Shown here one piece after another: positions 35,520 to 44,575 of a DNA stretch of 44,575 bases (positions are counted from its first letter, which is position 1; every line of letters begins with the position of its first letter). The stretch is from an uncultured Thermoplasmata archaeon (lineage in GTDB: Archaea > Thermoplasmatota > Thermoplasmata > Halarchaeoplasmatales > Halarchaeoplasmataceae): contig CAYNQI010000008.1 of NCBI GenBank assembly GCA_964399335.1, positions 1 to 44,575 of the forward strand, in the 5' to 3' direction. Made by a program: the position numbers and the translations under genes. The notes beneath the pieces are model-generated. The model ran no database searches and was not told the origin of the DNA. It saw only the letters and a list, made by a program, of their open reading frames with translations.

Positions 35520-37970
35520 CTACATCTCCAACCGTTTTAGATGGGAATTAATTTTTTCAATATATTGCATAGCATCTGATGGAAATGTGTCTTTAGACTT
35601 TTTATAGTATTCTAGGGCTTTTTCTGTCGAACTCATTTCCTCATATATTCTGCCTAATTCGAAATAATTCTCACCTATACTGAATGGTATGTCATATCCA
35701 TCCAACATTTCATTAGATTTATTGATCCATTGGATACCATCCTCATAATTTTCTTCCATCCTATCTATGATGCCTTTAACACGATAAATGGAGGATAGCC
35801 CAACAACATCATCCATATTCTCCATTACTTTTTCAGCCCTATTTGCATAAACTTCGGCCTTTTCTAAATCACCTTTTTTAGCTAAAGCTTCGGCTTGATT
35901 GAAATAACCCCAGCCGAATAAACGTTTGTTCCCAATCTTTTTAGCATTATCCATACTCTTTTTGAAATACTCAATCGCCTTATCCCACTCCTCTTTTTTC
36001 ATATACTGATCTCCAATATTGTTGTTTGCTCTAGCAAGATCTCTAAAGGCATTTTGACTTTTAAGAGGAGGCAAACTTCTTGTATAATAACGTATAGCTA
36101 GATCGTTTTCACCCTTCTGGGCATAAGTGTTGCCCATCTCAATATATGTCAAAGCGAGTACGTTATTTTCCTTTGCCTTCTTTCCATTTTCTATGGAAAT
36201 TTCATAACATTCAACGGCCTCATCAAATTTACCTTCCCTCCACCTTAGATATCCAAGACCTCTCTGGCAATCAGCGATCCCAACTAAATCACCTAGACCC
36301 TCATAAATGTCAAGGGATTCCTGATAATATTTATTTGCTTCATCGAATTTTTGAGTTTCCTTTTTGATGTGTGCGATCCCTCTAAGTGCATCTGCTTCGG
36401 ATTTCTTATCGCCGATATCCTTTGACAATTCTACAAGAGACCTGTAAGCTTTTTCTCCCTCATCCCATTTGTTTATATCAAAACTCAACTTACCTATTTC
36501 ATTGAGATGTTCTAGACGTTTCTCATCAGCATCCTCGATATCAGTGGACACTTCTAAGGACTGGATCGCCTTATCATAGTGTTCAAGAGCGGTCTCTATA
36601 GCGTACCTATTTATTGCTTGTTCAGCTGCTTTTATAGAATATGCATATGATTTATCGTAAACTTTTCCTTCATAAAAATGTCTGCCAAGTGAATAATAAT
36701 ATTCTTCAAGATTATCCTGATAAAAGTCCTCTATCGCCTCACCGATTTTTTTATTCAAGACTCGTTTCCTACTTTTACCCATGTTACCGTACAATGTAGT
36801 TCTAATCTGAAGATGGTTGAATCTGTATATTTCTTCATCAGCATCTTCTTTCTCTTTGATCAATCCTTTTGATTGTAATCCTTCTATTATATCTAGTAAT
36901 TCTATAACATCTATATCCATGGACCTCTCAAGTATTTCAAAATCGAATTCAGTTCCGATAACAGAAGCATACATAAGAATATTTTTTTCGTTTTTACTTA
37001 ATCGGTCGATTCTTCTACTCGTGATATCTTTTATCGAAGTAGGTATAGATATCTCAGAAAGTTCTTCTTCAGGATCCCAAGTGTATGAATATGGATCAAT
37101 AACACCCTCATCCATCATCGAATTCAATATTTCTATTACGTAGTAAGGGTTACCCTCACTCTCCCTATAAACCATCAGTAAAAAAGACTCAGGCAAGTCC
37201 TTTGTTTGCAAGCGGTTCTTGATCAAATCAGCCACTGGTTGAAAACCTAACCTATCCAGATCAAGGATTTCCACCAACTGTTCTTCCTTGATCCTATTCA
37301 AAATCGTTTCAAGTGGAAGTTCTTCATCACGTGTCTTCAACTCCTCCGGTCTATAAGCCCCCACGATGAAAACCTTGCTATCATATATTTTACGGGCTAA
37401 AAAATGTAAAAGTTGAGAAGAAGATACATCTATCCATTGTAGGTCATCTATGAATAAAAATAATGGTTCTTTTTTTGATAAGTCTTTGATTAGTCCTAAA
37501 AATTCTGTAAACATAGCTTCTCTCTTATCAGAGAGAGATATTTCGTTAGTATCGGATCTATCTCTAGTTCCAACTTCTATTAAGCTCATTGGCCCTCCAT
37601 AAGAAGAACTGCTTGATGTTCTAGTAGCTGTACTAGCTCCCATACCTATGAATGTCTCTTTTTTAGTTTCTTCTTTCTTATCTTTTTCAATATAATCTCC
37701 CAAAGCATCTAGAAATGGGAGATATGGCTCAGCACCTTCATGATAAAGACATCTACCTTGGAATGTCTGAAAACCTTCTTGTTCACATCGATCTCTAAGG
37801 GTTTCACCCAGTTCAGTTTTACCAACACCAGCTTCTCCTTTGAGTAAAACAAATTTACCATTCCCTTTTATTACCTCTTCTTTAAATTGATTTAATTTAT
37901 TAAGTTCACTGACTCTATTGACGAACTTTAAATCTACATTTTCATTGGTTTCAGTACTGATAATAGGCAT
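35520..37970 (-). CDS. STAND NTPase-TPR protein, paralog of 8648-11089
   Basis: GEAGVGKT, FIDDLQW, GAYRPEE, EGNPYY, YRFNH and TPRs. Colinear with the first paralog over its full length. Confidence 0.9.
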   Translation of the reverse strand: MPIISTETNENVDLKFVNRVSELNKLNQFKEEVIKGNGKFVLLKGEAGVGKTELGETLRDRCEQEGFQTFQGRCLYHEGAEPYLPFLDALGDYIEKDKKEETKKETFIGMGASTATRTSSSSSYGGPMSLIEVGTRDRSDTNEISLSDKREAMFTEFLGLIKDLSKKEPLFLFIDDLQWIDVSSSQLLHFLARKIYDSKVFIVGAYRPEELKTRDEELPLETILNRIKEEQLVEILDLDRLGFQPVADLIKNRLQTKDLPESFLLMVYRESEGNPYYVIEILNSMMDEGVIDPYSYTWDPEEELSEISIPTSIKDITSRRIDRLSKNEKNILMYASVIGTEFDFEILERSMDIDVIELLDIIEGLQSKGLIKEKEDADEEIYRFNHLQIRTTLYGNMGKSRKRVLNKKIGEAIEDFYQDNLEEYYYSLGRHFYEGKVYDKSYAYSIKAAEQAINRYAIETALEHYDKAIQSLEVSTDIEDADEKRLEHLNEIGKLSFDINKWDEGEKAYRSLVELSKDIGDKKSEADALRGIAHIKKETQKFDEANKYYQESLDIYEGLGDLVGIADCQRGLGYLRWREGKFDEAVECYEISIENGKKAKENNVLALTYIEMGNTYAQKGENDLAIRYYTRSLPPLKSQNAFRDLARANNNIGDQYMKKEEWDKAIEYFKKSMDNAKKIGNKRLFGWGYFNQAEALAKKGDLEKAEVYANRAEKVMENMDDVVGLSSIYRVKGIIDRMEENYEDGIQWINKSNEMLDGYDIPFSIGENYFELGRIYEEMSSTEKALEYYKKSKDTFPSDAMQYIEKINSHLKRLEM

Positions 37971-38044
37971 GTTATTCCTGTAATTACACTAGGTGTTTTA
38001 AAGGTTTTCATCAAATTCCAAAATTCAAACGTAAAAAAATAAGA

Positions 38045-38116
38045 CGCCGTCGACCGGATTCGAACCGGCGACCGCTCGGTTAACAGCCGAGTGCTCTGCC
38101 ACTGAGCTACGACGGC
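38045..38116 (-). tRNA. tRNA-Asn (anticodon GTT), intronless, CCA not encoded
   Basis: GCCGTCG/CGACGGC acceptor stem, CTCGG-CT GTT AA-CCGAG anticodon arm, GGTTCGAATCC T-arm. Confidence 0.97.
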
Positions 38117-38257
38117 AAATCTAATATGCATATCCAATCATTAAAACTGCATATTCTAGTCATGAGTAAAGAGAGGTTATATTAAAAATCTTTTCTCAAA
38201 CCATTGATAATAGTTTTTTATAAATATAAAAATTATAATATTGTCCTAACTACTATT

Positions 38258-38566
38258 TCAATCACATAGATCTTCATATAATGATTTTGTAAGATAATTT
38301 ATATCCTTTAATAATCCTTTTAATTCGTCTTTGAATTCTGGATGCTTGTCAGTCAATTTTGCACCAACAGGTGAAGGTTCGATCATCTTTTCCTTTTCTA
38401 ACATCCTCAAAGAGTACCTTACTTTATGTTCTGGTATTCCTAGTTTTTCGCTTAGTTTCGAAATACCTATCGGTTGCTCTTTCTCTATAAAACAATATAT
38501 TTTGATAGTTCTTTTTAATACGGTAAGCTCTTTTTTTAGATTATGACTAAGGGGGCTTTTATTCAT
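38258..38566 (-). CDS. Small winged-helix regulator (COG3388-like)
   Basis: QPIGISKLSEKLGIPEHKVRYSLRMLE...IEPSPVGA. Confidence 0.8.
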   Translation of the reverse strand: MNKSPLSHNLKKELTVLKRTIKIYCFIEKEQPIGISKLSEKLGIPEHKVRYSLRMLEKEKMIEPSPVGAKLTDKHPEFKDELKGLLKDINYLTKSLYEDLCD

Positions 38567-38687
38567 ATTATTCTCACACTTTTTAGAACTTGGAATAAGT
38601 TATAGATATATAAATACAATGATGGACAACATATATCAAGTAATCGCCAAACATATATAATAGAAAGTAGTTCAAATATTGATTAAA

Positions 38688-40742
38688 ATGAAGAAGATAG
38701 CTTTTAAAATGATGGCTATCGTATTTCTGCTTATACTGGTTGCACCTTTATTTACAACTACAATACACGGTGAATCCTTCGGTGAAGATGGTGGTTCTAT
38801 CAGGTGTTCTACCAATTTACAGTTGATACCACAAGCCGATGAGATCGGAGGAGGGCGTATAACATGGAGAATAGATGGAGAAGCTGCTCAACAGATGAGA
38901 GCGTTGTTACTTGATAGTATAGGTAACGACGAATTCTTCGATGAAGCCAATGGGGATGACACTCTAGACGAGGATGAACTTAAGATCTTCCTAGACACGA
39001 ACGGTATGTTAGAATCATATATTCAAAGAGGAGGAGCTTTGAACAGTTTTAGAGGGACACATGACTTCTATGGATTCGAGCCAATCCGTGATATCGATCC
39101 TGATGATCATATCAATTATTTTGGAGCGGAGATAACTCGCTCTTCTTTAACTACAGATAATATAGCGGATGATACATATGGCCTATTAGGATCTACAGCT
39201 GATGACACCGGGCCCATTGAAATACATTTCACTATACGTTTCCCTGGAGAGACAGGTAAGGGTGGACCTCATGAGTTGGATATGTCCAATACCGATGTTT
39301 TAAGGGGTGTTTGGGAATCTTTGATCATACCTGTTAGGAGTGAGTTGATCAGCGAAGCTGGAGATTCACCAGAAACTGAATTTGAGATAGAGCATGAAAA
39401 CCTTTTAAGCGATGAAGATGGAAATTATGGAGTCGTTCTACGAAATGGTACACAATTAAGCCGTGACAACTACACCATAGATCCAGATCAAGGCACTGTA
39501 ACTATCGATGAGGGTAGTATATACGAGAACGATAATATCTCATTAGTTTATGCTTATTCTCCAATATGGGAAGGAGATTCAGAGACTAGACATTGGTCTT
39601 ACGTGGTAGGTACTAACAATTTTTATGACCCAAATTACGAAGGTTCTCTTTACCATTTCAGAACCCCCGCAGGAGAAGTTATCTACTATTCAAATAGCTT
39701 CCCAGCAGGCAACCCACCTGAAGAGAGTATAAGATGGGTTGAATTTGATATCCTTATGAATCCCCAGATACTATTTGTGATTGTGGCAGTATTTTCTTAT
39801 TTTACAGCCGTTATGCCAAAAAAATACTTTAAAGATTATAAATCAGAATATCCTTCCAAATATAGAGGACGTGCTGAAAAATCTATGTTCGTTCATCTAG
39901 TTACTAAATTATCGATCGTGGCTCTTTTGATACTTTATTTCATACCAGTTATAGGTCCTTTGTTCGTACATGGATTATATTTGATTATATTATCCCCAGG
40001 ACTTATGTTGGGTAGCATTATCTTATCTAAAATGGTCTATAGTAAGAAGAAAGGTGCGATACCGGACAAAATTAAAAATCCCCCTAAAAAAAGGAAACCC
40101 ATCTCAAAAAAATCTGAGAGTAAAGCAAAGAGTGATGTAAAGAAAGGTAAGTGTAAGAGATGTGGTGAAGTATTCACAACCCCTAAAGAAAGGAATCTTT
40201 TAAACGTTAGATGTCCTGTATGTGGAAAAAGACAAAGACAACTCAAAGAAGGATATAATTACTTATTGATGGATGAAGACAGTGATAATACCTATTCGAT
40301 TTACAATGATTTCATCAAAGAGGGTCTTAAAGGTATGATAATCACTACTACCATACCATCGAAAGTCGAAGATAAGTATGGATTGTACGATCAAGAAATA
40401 AAATGGATTTCAGAATCCGATTCTAACGACTATGTAGTTTTAGACCCAAAACGTATGGACTTCGAGATAACTAGGACTATTTCCAATTTTTCAAAGGATA
40501 ACGATAGAGGTATCTTACTAATCGAAGGGCTGGAATATCTAGTAGTAGAAAATGATTTTGAAAAGTTAAGTAAATTCATAAAAAAGGTGACAGATATAAC
40601 ATCTATGAACGCCATCACACTTTTGGTACATGTAAATCCTGAGGCATTCCCGATCAATCAAATAAACACTTTGAAAAAGAGCTTTGATAATAGTGAAGAT
40701 TTAAGAGATAAAAAAGATAATAATCAGAAAAAGGTCTTTTGA
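38688..40742 (+). CDS. Membrane receptor-like protein: extracellular domain, about 3 TM helices, Zn ribbon, DUF835
   Basis: Signal peptide, acidic ectodomain, hydrophobic helices, CKRC...CPVC, and C-terminal WIS...LIEGLEYLVVENDF (DUF835). Confidence 0.82.
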   Translation: MKKIAFKMMAIVFLLILVAPLFTTTIHGESFGEDGGSIRCSTNLQLIPQADEIGGGRITWRIDGEAAQQMRALLLDSIGNDEFFDEANGDDTLDEDELKIFLDTNGMLESYIQRGGALNSFRGTHDFYGFEPIRDIDPDDHINYFGAEITRSSLTTDNIADDTYGLLGSTADDTGPIEIHFTIRFPGETGKGGPHELDMSNTDVLRGVWESLIIPVRSELISEAGDSPETEFEIEHENLLSDEDGNYGVVLRNGTQLSRDNYTIDPDQGTVTIDEGSIYENDNISLVYAYSPIWEGDSETRHWSYVVGTNNFYDPNYEGSLYHFRTPAGEVIYYSNSFPAGNPPEESIRWVEFDILMNPQILFVIVAVFSYFTAVMPKKYFKDYKSEYPSKYRGRAEKSMFVHLVTKLSIVALLILYFIPVIGPLFVHGLYLIILSPGLMLGSIILSKMVYSKKKGAIPDKIKNPPKKRKPISKKSESKAKSDVKKGKCKRCGEVFTTPKERNLLNVRCPVCGKRQRQLKEGYNYLLMDEDSDNTYSIYNDFIKEGLKGMIITTTIPSKVEDKYGLYDQEIKWISESDSNDYVVLDPKRMDFEITRTISNFSKDNDRGILLIEGLEYLVVENDFEKLSKFIKKVTDITSMNAITLLVHVNPEAFPINQINTLKKSFDNSEDLRDKKDNNQKKVF

Positions 40743-40746
40743 TCTT

Positions 40747-41301
40747 TTATTCCCATCGATTATACATCTGATTTTCGAGATCGAGGTTATCCAGTATCTT
40801 CCCAGCGATAAAATTCACTAGATCTTCTAAAGAATCATTTCCAGAATAGAAACCTGGTGATGCCGGTAATATTACTGCCCCAGCTAATGAAAGATCATGC
40901 ATGCATTTCAAGGAAATGGAAGAGAGTGGAGTTTCTCGGGGTACAATAATTAATTTTTTACTTTCTTTCAAAGCTACGGAGGCACTTCGCGTTATAAGAT
41001 TATCAGCTATACCAGTAGATATCTTAGAGAGAGTTGACATGGAACATGGGACTACCACAACTGCATCGTACAATGAGCTTCCAGAAGCTGGAGGTGCAGA
41101 CATATTATTTGGTTCATAAGTGTTATCAGCTATAGATTCTAAATCGATCCTATCCGTTCCTAATTCTTGATCTATCAGTTCTTTCCCAGAATTAGATATA
41201 ACGAGTTCTGTACGAACATCATCCATTTCACTTAAAGCTCTTAAAACTCTTTCTCCGTAAATTACACCAGAGGCCCCGGTTATCGCCAATAATATTTTCA
41301 T
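40747..41301 (-). CDS. ubiX: Flavin prenyltransferase UbiX
   Basis: AITGASG, SGS, PCSMSTL, DNLITR, VPRETP, PASPGFY. Confidence 0.95.
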   Translation of the reverse strand: MKILLAITGASGVIYGERVLRALSEMDDVRTELVISNSGKELIDQELGTDRIDLESIADNTYEPNNMSAPPASGSSLYDAVVVVPCSMSTLSKISTGIADNLITRSASVALKESKKLIIVPRETPLSSISLKCMHDLSLAGAVILPASPGFYSGNDSLEDLVNFIAGKILDNLDLENQMYNRWE

Positions 41302-41342
41302 ATAAAAACAATAATCAATATAATATTTAAATCCTTCACTTT

Positions 41343-42821
41343 TTACATATCTAATTCTATCTTTTCGTATAATATTGAAGTCCTTTTAACAAGGATATAC
41401 AAGAATAATAGAGACATATCTGCTGTAAAGATTAATGCCAGTATTCCCAGAAATTGATCAGCCTGGAAAATCGTAACTGGAAAACTAAAAAGTAGAACTG
41501 ATACGATCAAACACAACATCAATATGGAATACATGGTGATTATATCAGGTGCCCCATGGTTACTCTCATCATAGTTAGGAAACTTCACCGAGGCCCATAC
41601 CCCGATACCACTAAAAGATATTACCATAACTATCGCAGATATGACTGAAAATAAAATCAAACCAAGGTTATAACCCAAAACTAGTGGTAAAGGAAGTGCG
41701 ATCAATATTACGATAGTCCAGGAAAAGAATAACATAGCTAGTACTTTCCCCCATATTATATCTTCAGAATCTAAAGGTAGAACTTTTATTGCCCACATCT
41801 TTCTTCCCTCTCTACTGAATAATGTCAAAGAAGGCAGCACTATCTGAATCACAACTCCAAGATATAATGCCATCCCAATAAGTAGTGGATATAGAAGTTC
41901 ATCTATATCTAAACCCAGATCGGGATATTTACCGAATCTGAAATACATCACGAATAAGCCCATACATATCATACCGATAACTCCGATGGATCCAGGACTT
42001 TCCTTTCTCCTCCATCTTTCTAAGATCTCTTTTTCTGCAATCCTTCTTATAGGTTTCTTGATAAATTTAGGTAAAAAATCACCAGCTTTATGGAATCTAA
42101 ATGATGAGTTCGAATTCGTTGTTACTCCATGTCTCCACGATTCGATCATCATGTCAGATTTAATAAAAATTAGAAGAATAGTGATAATAATTATCATCGA
42201 AATGAAGAAAATTAGTTCAAATAAACCTTTGAAATTCTTTGTTATGTAAAACACGATAGGTATCACCTGTCCATAAAGAAACAGACCGAGTAATTTCTTT
42301 TTCAAATCTCTCAGCTGAGACAGCATCGCTATAAAGAAACCTGATATAGGAGCTAAAAGGATTAAAATGTAGAGATGAGGTATGAAATAAGTGTCTAGAG
42401 GTAGATTGATATTGAATAAATAAACCAATAATGTAACGATTACAAGGGATACTGCCACCAGTAAAATATTATACCAAACTTCTTTCAGAAGTCTTGAAAA
42501 AACAATTTTCTTAGAAGTAGTGGGAGACGTTATCAGATATTTTAATCTTTTATTTCTAAAGGTATCATCCACTGTTTCCGCTGAAGTTTTTGCGAAAAGG
42601 AAGAAAAATATTGAGAACAAAACGTCACCTCTAGTAGGTTCTATAAAGAGTTCGTCAAGAGTAGAAGCATATTCCATTAAGAAAAGTACCAGTCCAAACC
42701 CTGTGAATAACAGTAGGAGAAACCACATCGTCATGAAAGGATGATCAAATATTTTTTGTTTTGTAGCCCTGTAAGACTGTATGATTTCATAAGAGAACAA
42801 CTCAAAAACGGTTTTATCCAT
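41343..42821 (-). CDS. Multi-TM ABC exporter permease
   Basis: About 12 hydrophobic segments, FSREG..W....LP, overlap with the ATPase gene. Confidence 0.8.
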   Translation of the reverse strand: MDKTVFELFSYEIIQSYRATKQKIFDHPFMTMWFLLLLFTGFGLVLFLMEYASTLDELFIEPTRGDVLFSIFFFLFAKTSAETVDDTFRNKRLKYLITSPTTSKKIVFSRLLKEVWYNILLVAVSLVIVTLLVYLFNINLPLDTYFIPHLYILILLAPISGFFIAMLSQLRDLKKKLLGLFLYGQVIPIVFYITKNFKGLFELIFFISMIIIITILLIFIKSDMMIESWRHGVTTNSNSSFRFHKAGDFLPKFIKKPIRRIAEKEILERWRRKESPGSIGVIGMICMGLFVMYFRFGKYPDLGLDIDELLYPLLIGMALYLGVVIQIVLPSLTLFSREGRKMWAIKVLPLDSEDIIWGKVLAMLFFSWTIVILIALPLPLVLGYNLGLILFSVISAIVMVISFSGIGVWASVKFPNYDESNHGAPDIITMYSILMLCLIVSVLLFSFPVTIFQADQFLGILALIFTADMSLLFLYILVKRTSILYEKIELDM

Positions 42822-43530
42822 CTTTCACCACTTCTATAAACACTTCTTCTAAGGTACTTTTATTAGTGTTTTCCATGAGTTCTTGAGGTTGTCCTTCAGC
42901 TATTATTTGACCACCATTGATAACGGCTATATTATCTGAGATCTCTGCTGCTACAGAAGTTATATGGGTACTCATCAATATGGTTTTACCGTCTCTAGCT
43001 AGATTCTGAATTTTATCTTTTATATATCTAGTATATCTTGGATCCAACCCACTGGTGGGTTCATCTAAAATGAGGTTAGGGGGGTCATGTATTACTGCAT
43101 TAATAAAAAGTATCTTCTGTTTCATTCCTTTAGAGTAAGAGCCTATCTCAGAATCTAGGACCCCTGATATGCCTAGATCTTCTGAAAAATTCTGAATTTT
43201 TCTTTTAATTACGTTCTCTTTCATACCTCGTAGATTAGCATTCATCTCCAAAAATTCTCTGCCGGTCAATCTATCGTAGAGATGTGGATGTTCCGGCATA
43301 TAACCAAAAAGACATTTAACCTGAGGATCTGAGTTCACCTTCAAACCATCTATGAATACCTCTCCTGATGTGGGTTCCAATAAACTGGTTATTATCTTGA
43401 TGATTGTGGTTTTACCGGCACCGTTTGAACCAAGTAGTGAAAACACTTCCCCTTTTGGAGCCCTGAAGCTAACACCCTTTAAAGCCTCAAACTCCCCGAA
43501 CGATTTCTTAAGGTTATTTACTTCTATCAT
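42814..43530 (-). CDS. ABC exporter ATP-binding subunit
   Basis: GSNGAGKTT, YSKGMKQK, ILDEPTSGLDP, STH. Confidence 0.95.
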   Translation of the reverse strand: MIEVNNLKKSFGEFEALKGVSFRAPKGEVFSLLGSNGAGKTTIIKIITSLLEPTSGEVFIDGLKVNSDPQVKCLFGYMPEHPHLYDRLTGREFLEMNANLRGMKENVIKRKIQNFSEDLGISGVLDSEIGSYSKGMKQKILFINAVIHDPPNLILDEPTSGLDPRYTRYIKDKIQNLARDGKTILMSTHITSVAAEISDNIAVINGGQIIAEGQPQELMENTNKSTLEEVFIEVVKDG

Positions 43531-43541
43531 TTAACGTGATT

Positions 43542-44498
43542 TTATGAATTTCTTGAATGTCTGATAAACCCACTGCAGGGAACGATCTCGACACCGGATT
43601 TTTCTAATTCATCTGCTAACAGATTCATTCCAATAGAATCACTTGACATGTGTCCAGCGATTATATAATTTAGATGGTTTTCCTTCACTTCTTTACGGTG
43701 TTTATCACTAAGATGCATACCTATAATGGTTCCTACTCCCGCATCGGCTAATTTTTCATAAGACTTTTGGGAGCCTTCAGTGCCTCCTGTCATCTCGATA
43801 ACGACTTTTCCGGGTCTTCGGTCTTCGTTACCCACAAGTATAAAAGGTCCATCCCCATATTTTCTAGATTCATGATATTCGGGTATATCTTTCAATAAAT
43901 CCAATACATCTCCAACTTTTTCAAAATCTTTATCTTTTACTTTATTCGTTAAATAATCCGCTACTAAATTATCTGTAGGAGTGTGGATGCTCATCATCGG
44001 TATATCGAGCAATTTGGCAGCATCTAAACTTTGATTGTAGTTACTACCTTTAGCCTTCCTTTTTACTTCTTGTATCCTCTTATCCATGAGGGAATCTGCG
44101 ACAACCGTGGGAACACCCCAGTTGATCAAAACGTCCTTTTGTAGATGCATCACATCATGTAATCCAGCGATCCCTTTTCCTCTTGGATGATGACCGATGA
44201 TCAGATCAATATTTTCCCCTTTTTCATTCAATCTATCAGCTAAAACTACTTCTCCAGTATCTATGTTCACACCCATCATAACTCTTTTGACTTCTGTATC
44301 CTCATCACCGTTCAATATCCTAGAATCTCCATACGGGTTTTCCAATCTTTGTGTATCGAAAACTTCTTTATCTTTCCCCTCCAAAGATTCGTATTCTTCT
44401 TTTGCTTTTTCAAGCAGTTTCTTCACTTCTTCTTCCCCTCTTAGATCAGCTTCAATACCTTTCTTGACCGCTAAATCGTAAATGTCTTTGAGTTTCAT
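43542..44498 (-). CDS. NIF3-like dinuclear metal-centre protein
   Basis: NPYGDSRIL, IGHHPRG, HTPTDN, MTGGT, GMH, AGHMSSDSIG. Start at ATG 44498 after GGGAG. Confidence 0.82.
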   Translation of the reverse strand: MKLKDIYDLAVKKGIEADLRGEEEVKKLLEKAKEEYESLEGKDKEVFDTQRLENPYGDSRILNGDEDTEVKRVMMGVNIDTGEVVLADRLNEKGENIDLIIGHHPRGKGIAGLHDVMHLQKDVLINWGVPTVVADSLMDKRIQEVKRKAKGSNYNQSLDAAKLLDIPMMSIHTPTDNLVADYLTNKVKDKDFEKVGDVLDLLKDIPEYHESRKYGDGPFILVGNEDRRPGKVVIEMTGGTEGSQKSYEKLADAGVGTIIGMHLSDKHRKEVKENHLNYIIAGHMSSDSIGMNLLADELEKSGVEIVPCSGFIRHSRNS

Positions 44499-44575
44499 AA
44501 GAACCGTATCTCCCATCTAATACCAAATTATAATCTTTTCCCTTACCTGACTTTTTACAATAGATACTTATCGAC

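Noticed and set aside
37971-38116. Integrated element at tRNA-Asn carrying STAND paralog 2
   Set aside because: I found no duplicate of the tRNA-Asn 3' end near 35500 or elsewhere, and no integrase.
37934-38137. 67-aa ORF
   Set aside because: It reads through tRNA-Asn and is spurious.
1621-44481. About 45 short ORFs antisense to or nested in assigned genes (e.g. 4348-4710, 17270-17767, 25124-25654, 33730-34077)
   Set aside because: They are shadows of motif-supported genes, with Ser/Phe/Ile-rich antisense composition and no motifs.

Overview
AT-rich archaeal chromosomal backbone. It is most consistent with a halophilic-type Thermoplasmatota lineage (inference from the Trm56-HD fusion, multiple STAND-TPR proteins, DUF835, GLUG surface protein, acidic proteins, BRE/TATA promoters and GGTGA/GGAG ribosome-binding sites). 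About 45 genes are present: partial uppS; a class-V aminotransferase/serA-like/DUF1015 operon; an RHH-ftsZ-DUF167-toprim-wHTH-membrane-trm56 run; rpl7ae-rps28e-rpl24e-ndk; a tungsten-type AOR; RNase HI with a Zn ribbon; TFS; two surface proteins; a divergent FtsZ paralog; a PAC2 protein; tRNA-Glu(CTC) and tRNA-Asn(GTT); a NikR-FmdE-FecCD-type metal uptake locus; a DUF835 receptor; and ubiX/ABC/NIF3. No CRISPR array, rRNA, integrase or transposase was seen. The best leads are: (1) two effector-less STAND NTPase-TPR paralogs plus a wHTH-fused STAND that lacks both the Walker A lysine and the TPRs, possibly a split signalling system; (2) a tandem-RHH CdrS-like regulator whose promoter carries helically phased GTCnGAC palindromes; (3) nested tRNA-Glu 3'-end and 11-bp direct-repeat scars bracketing a GLUG adhesin-like gene; (4) a catalytically degenerate FtsZ; (5) an SD-sequestering K-turn in the rpl7ae leader. 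Product calls come from motif recognition only; no database searches were run.
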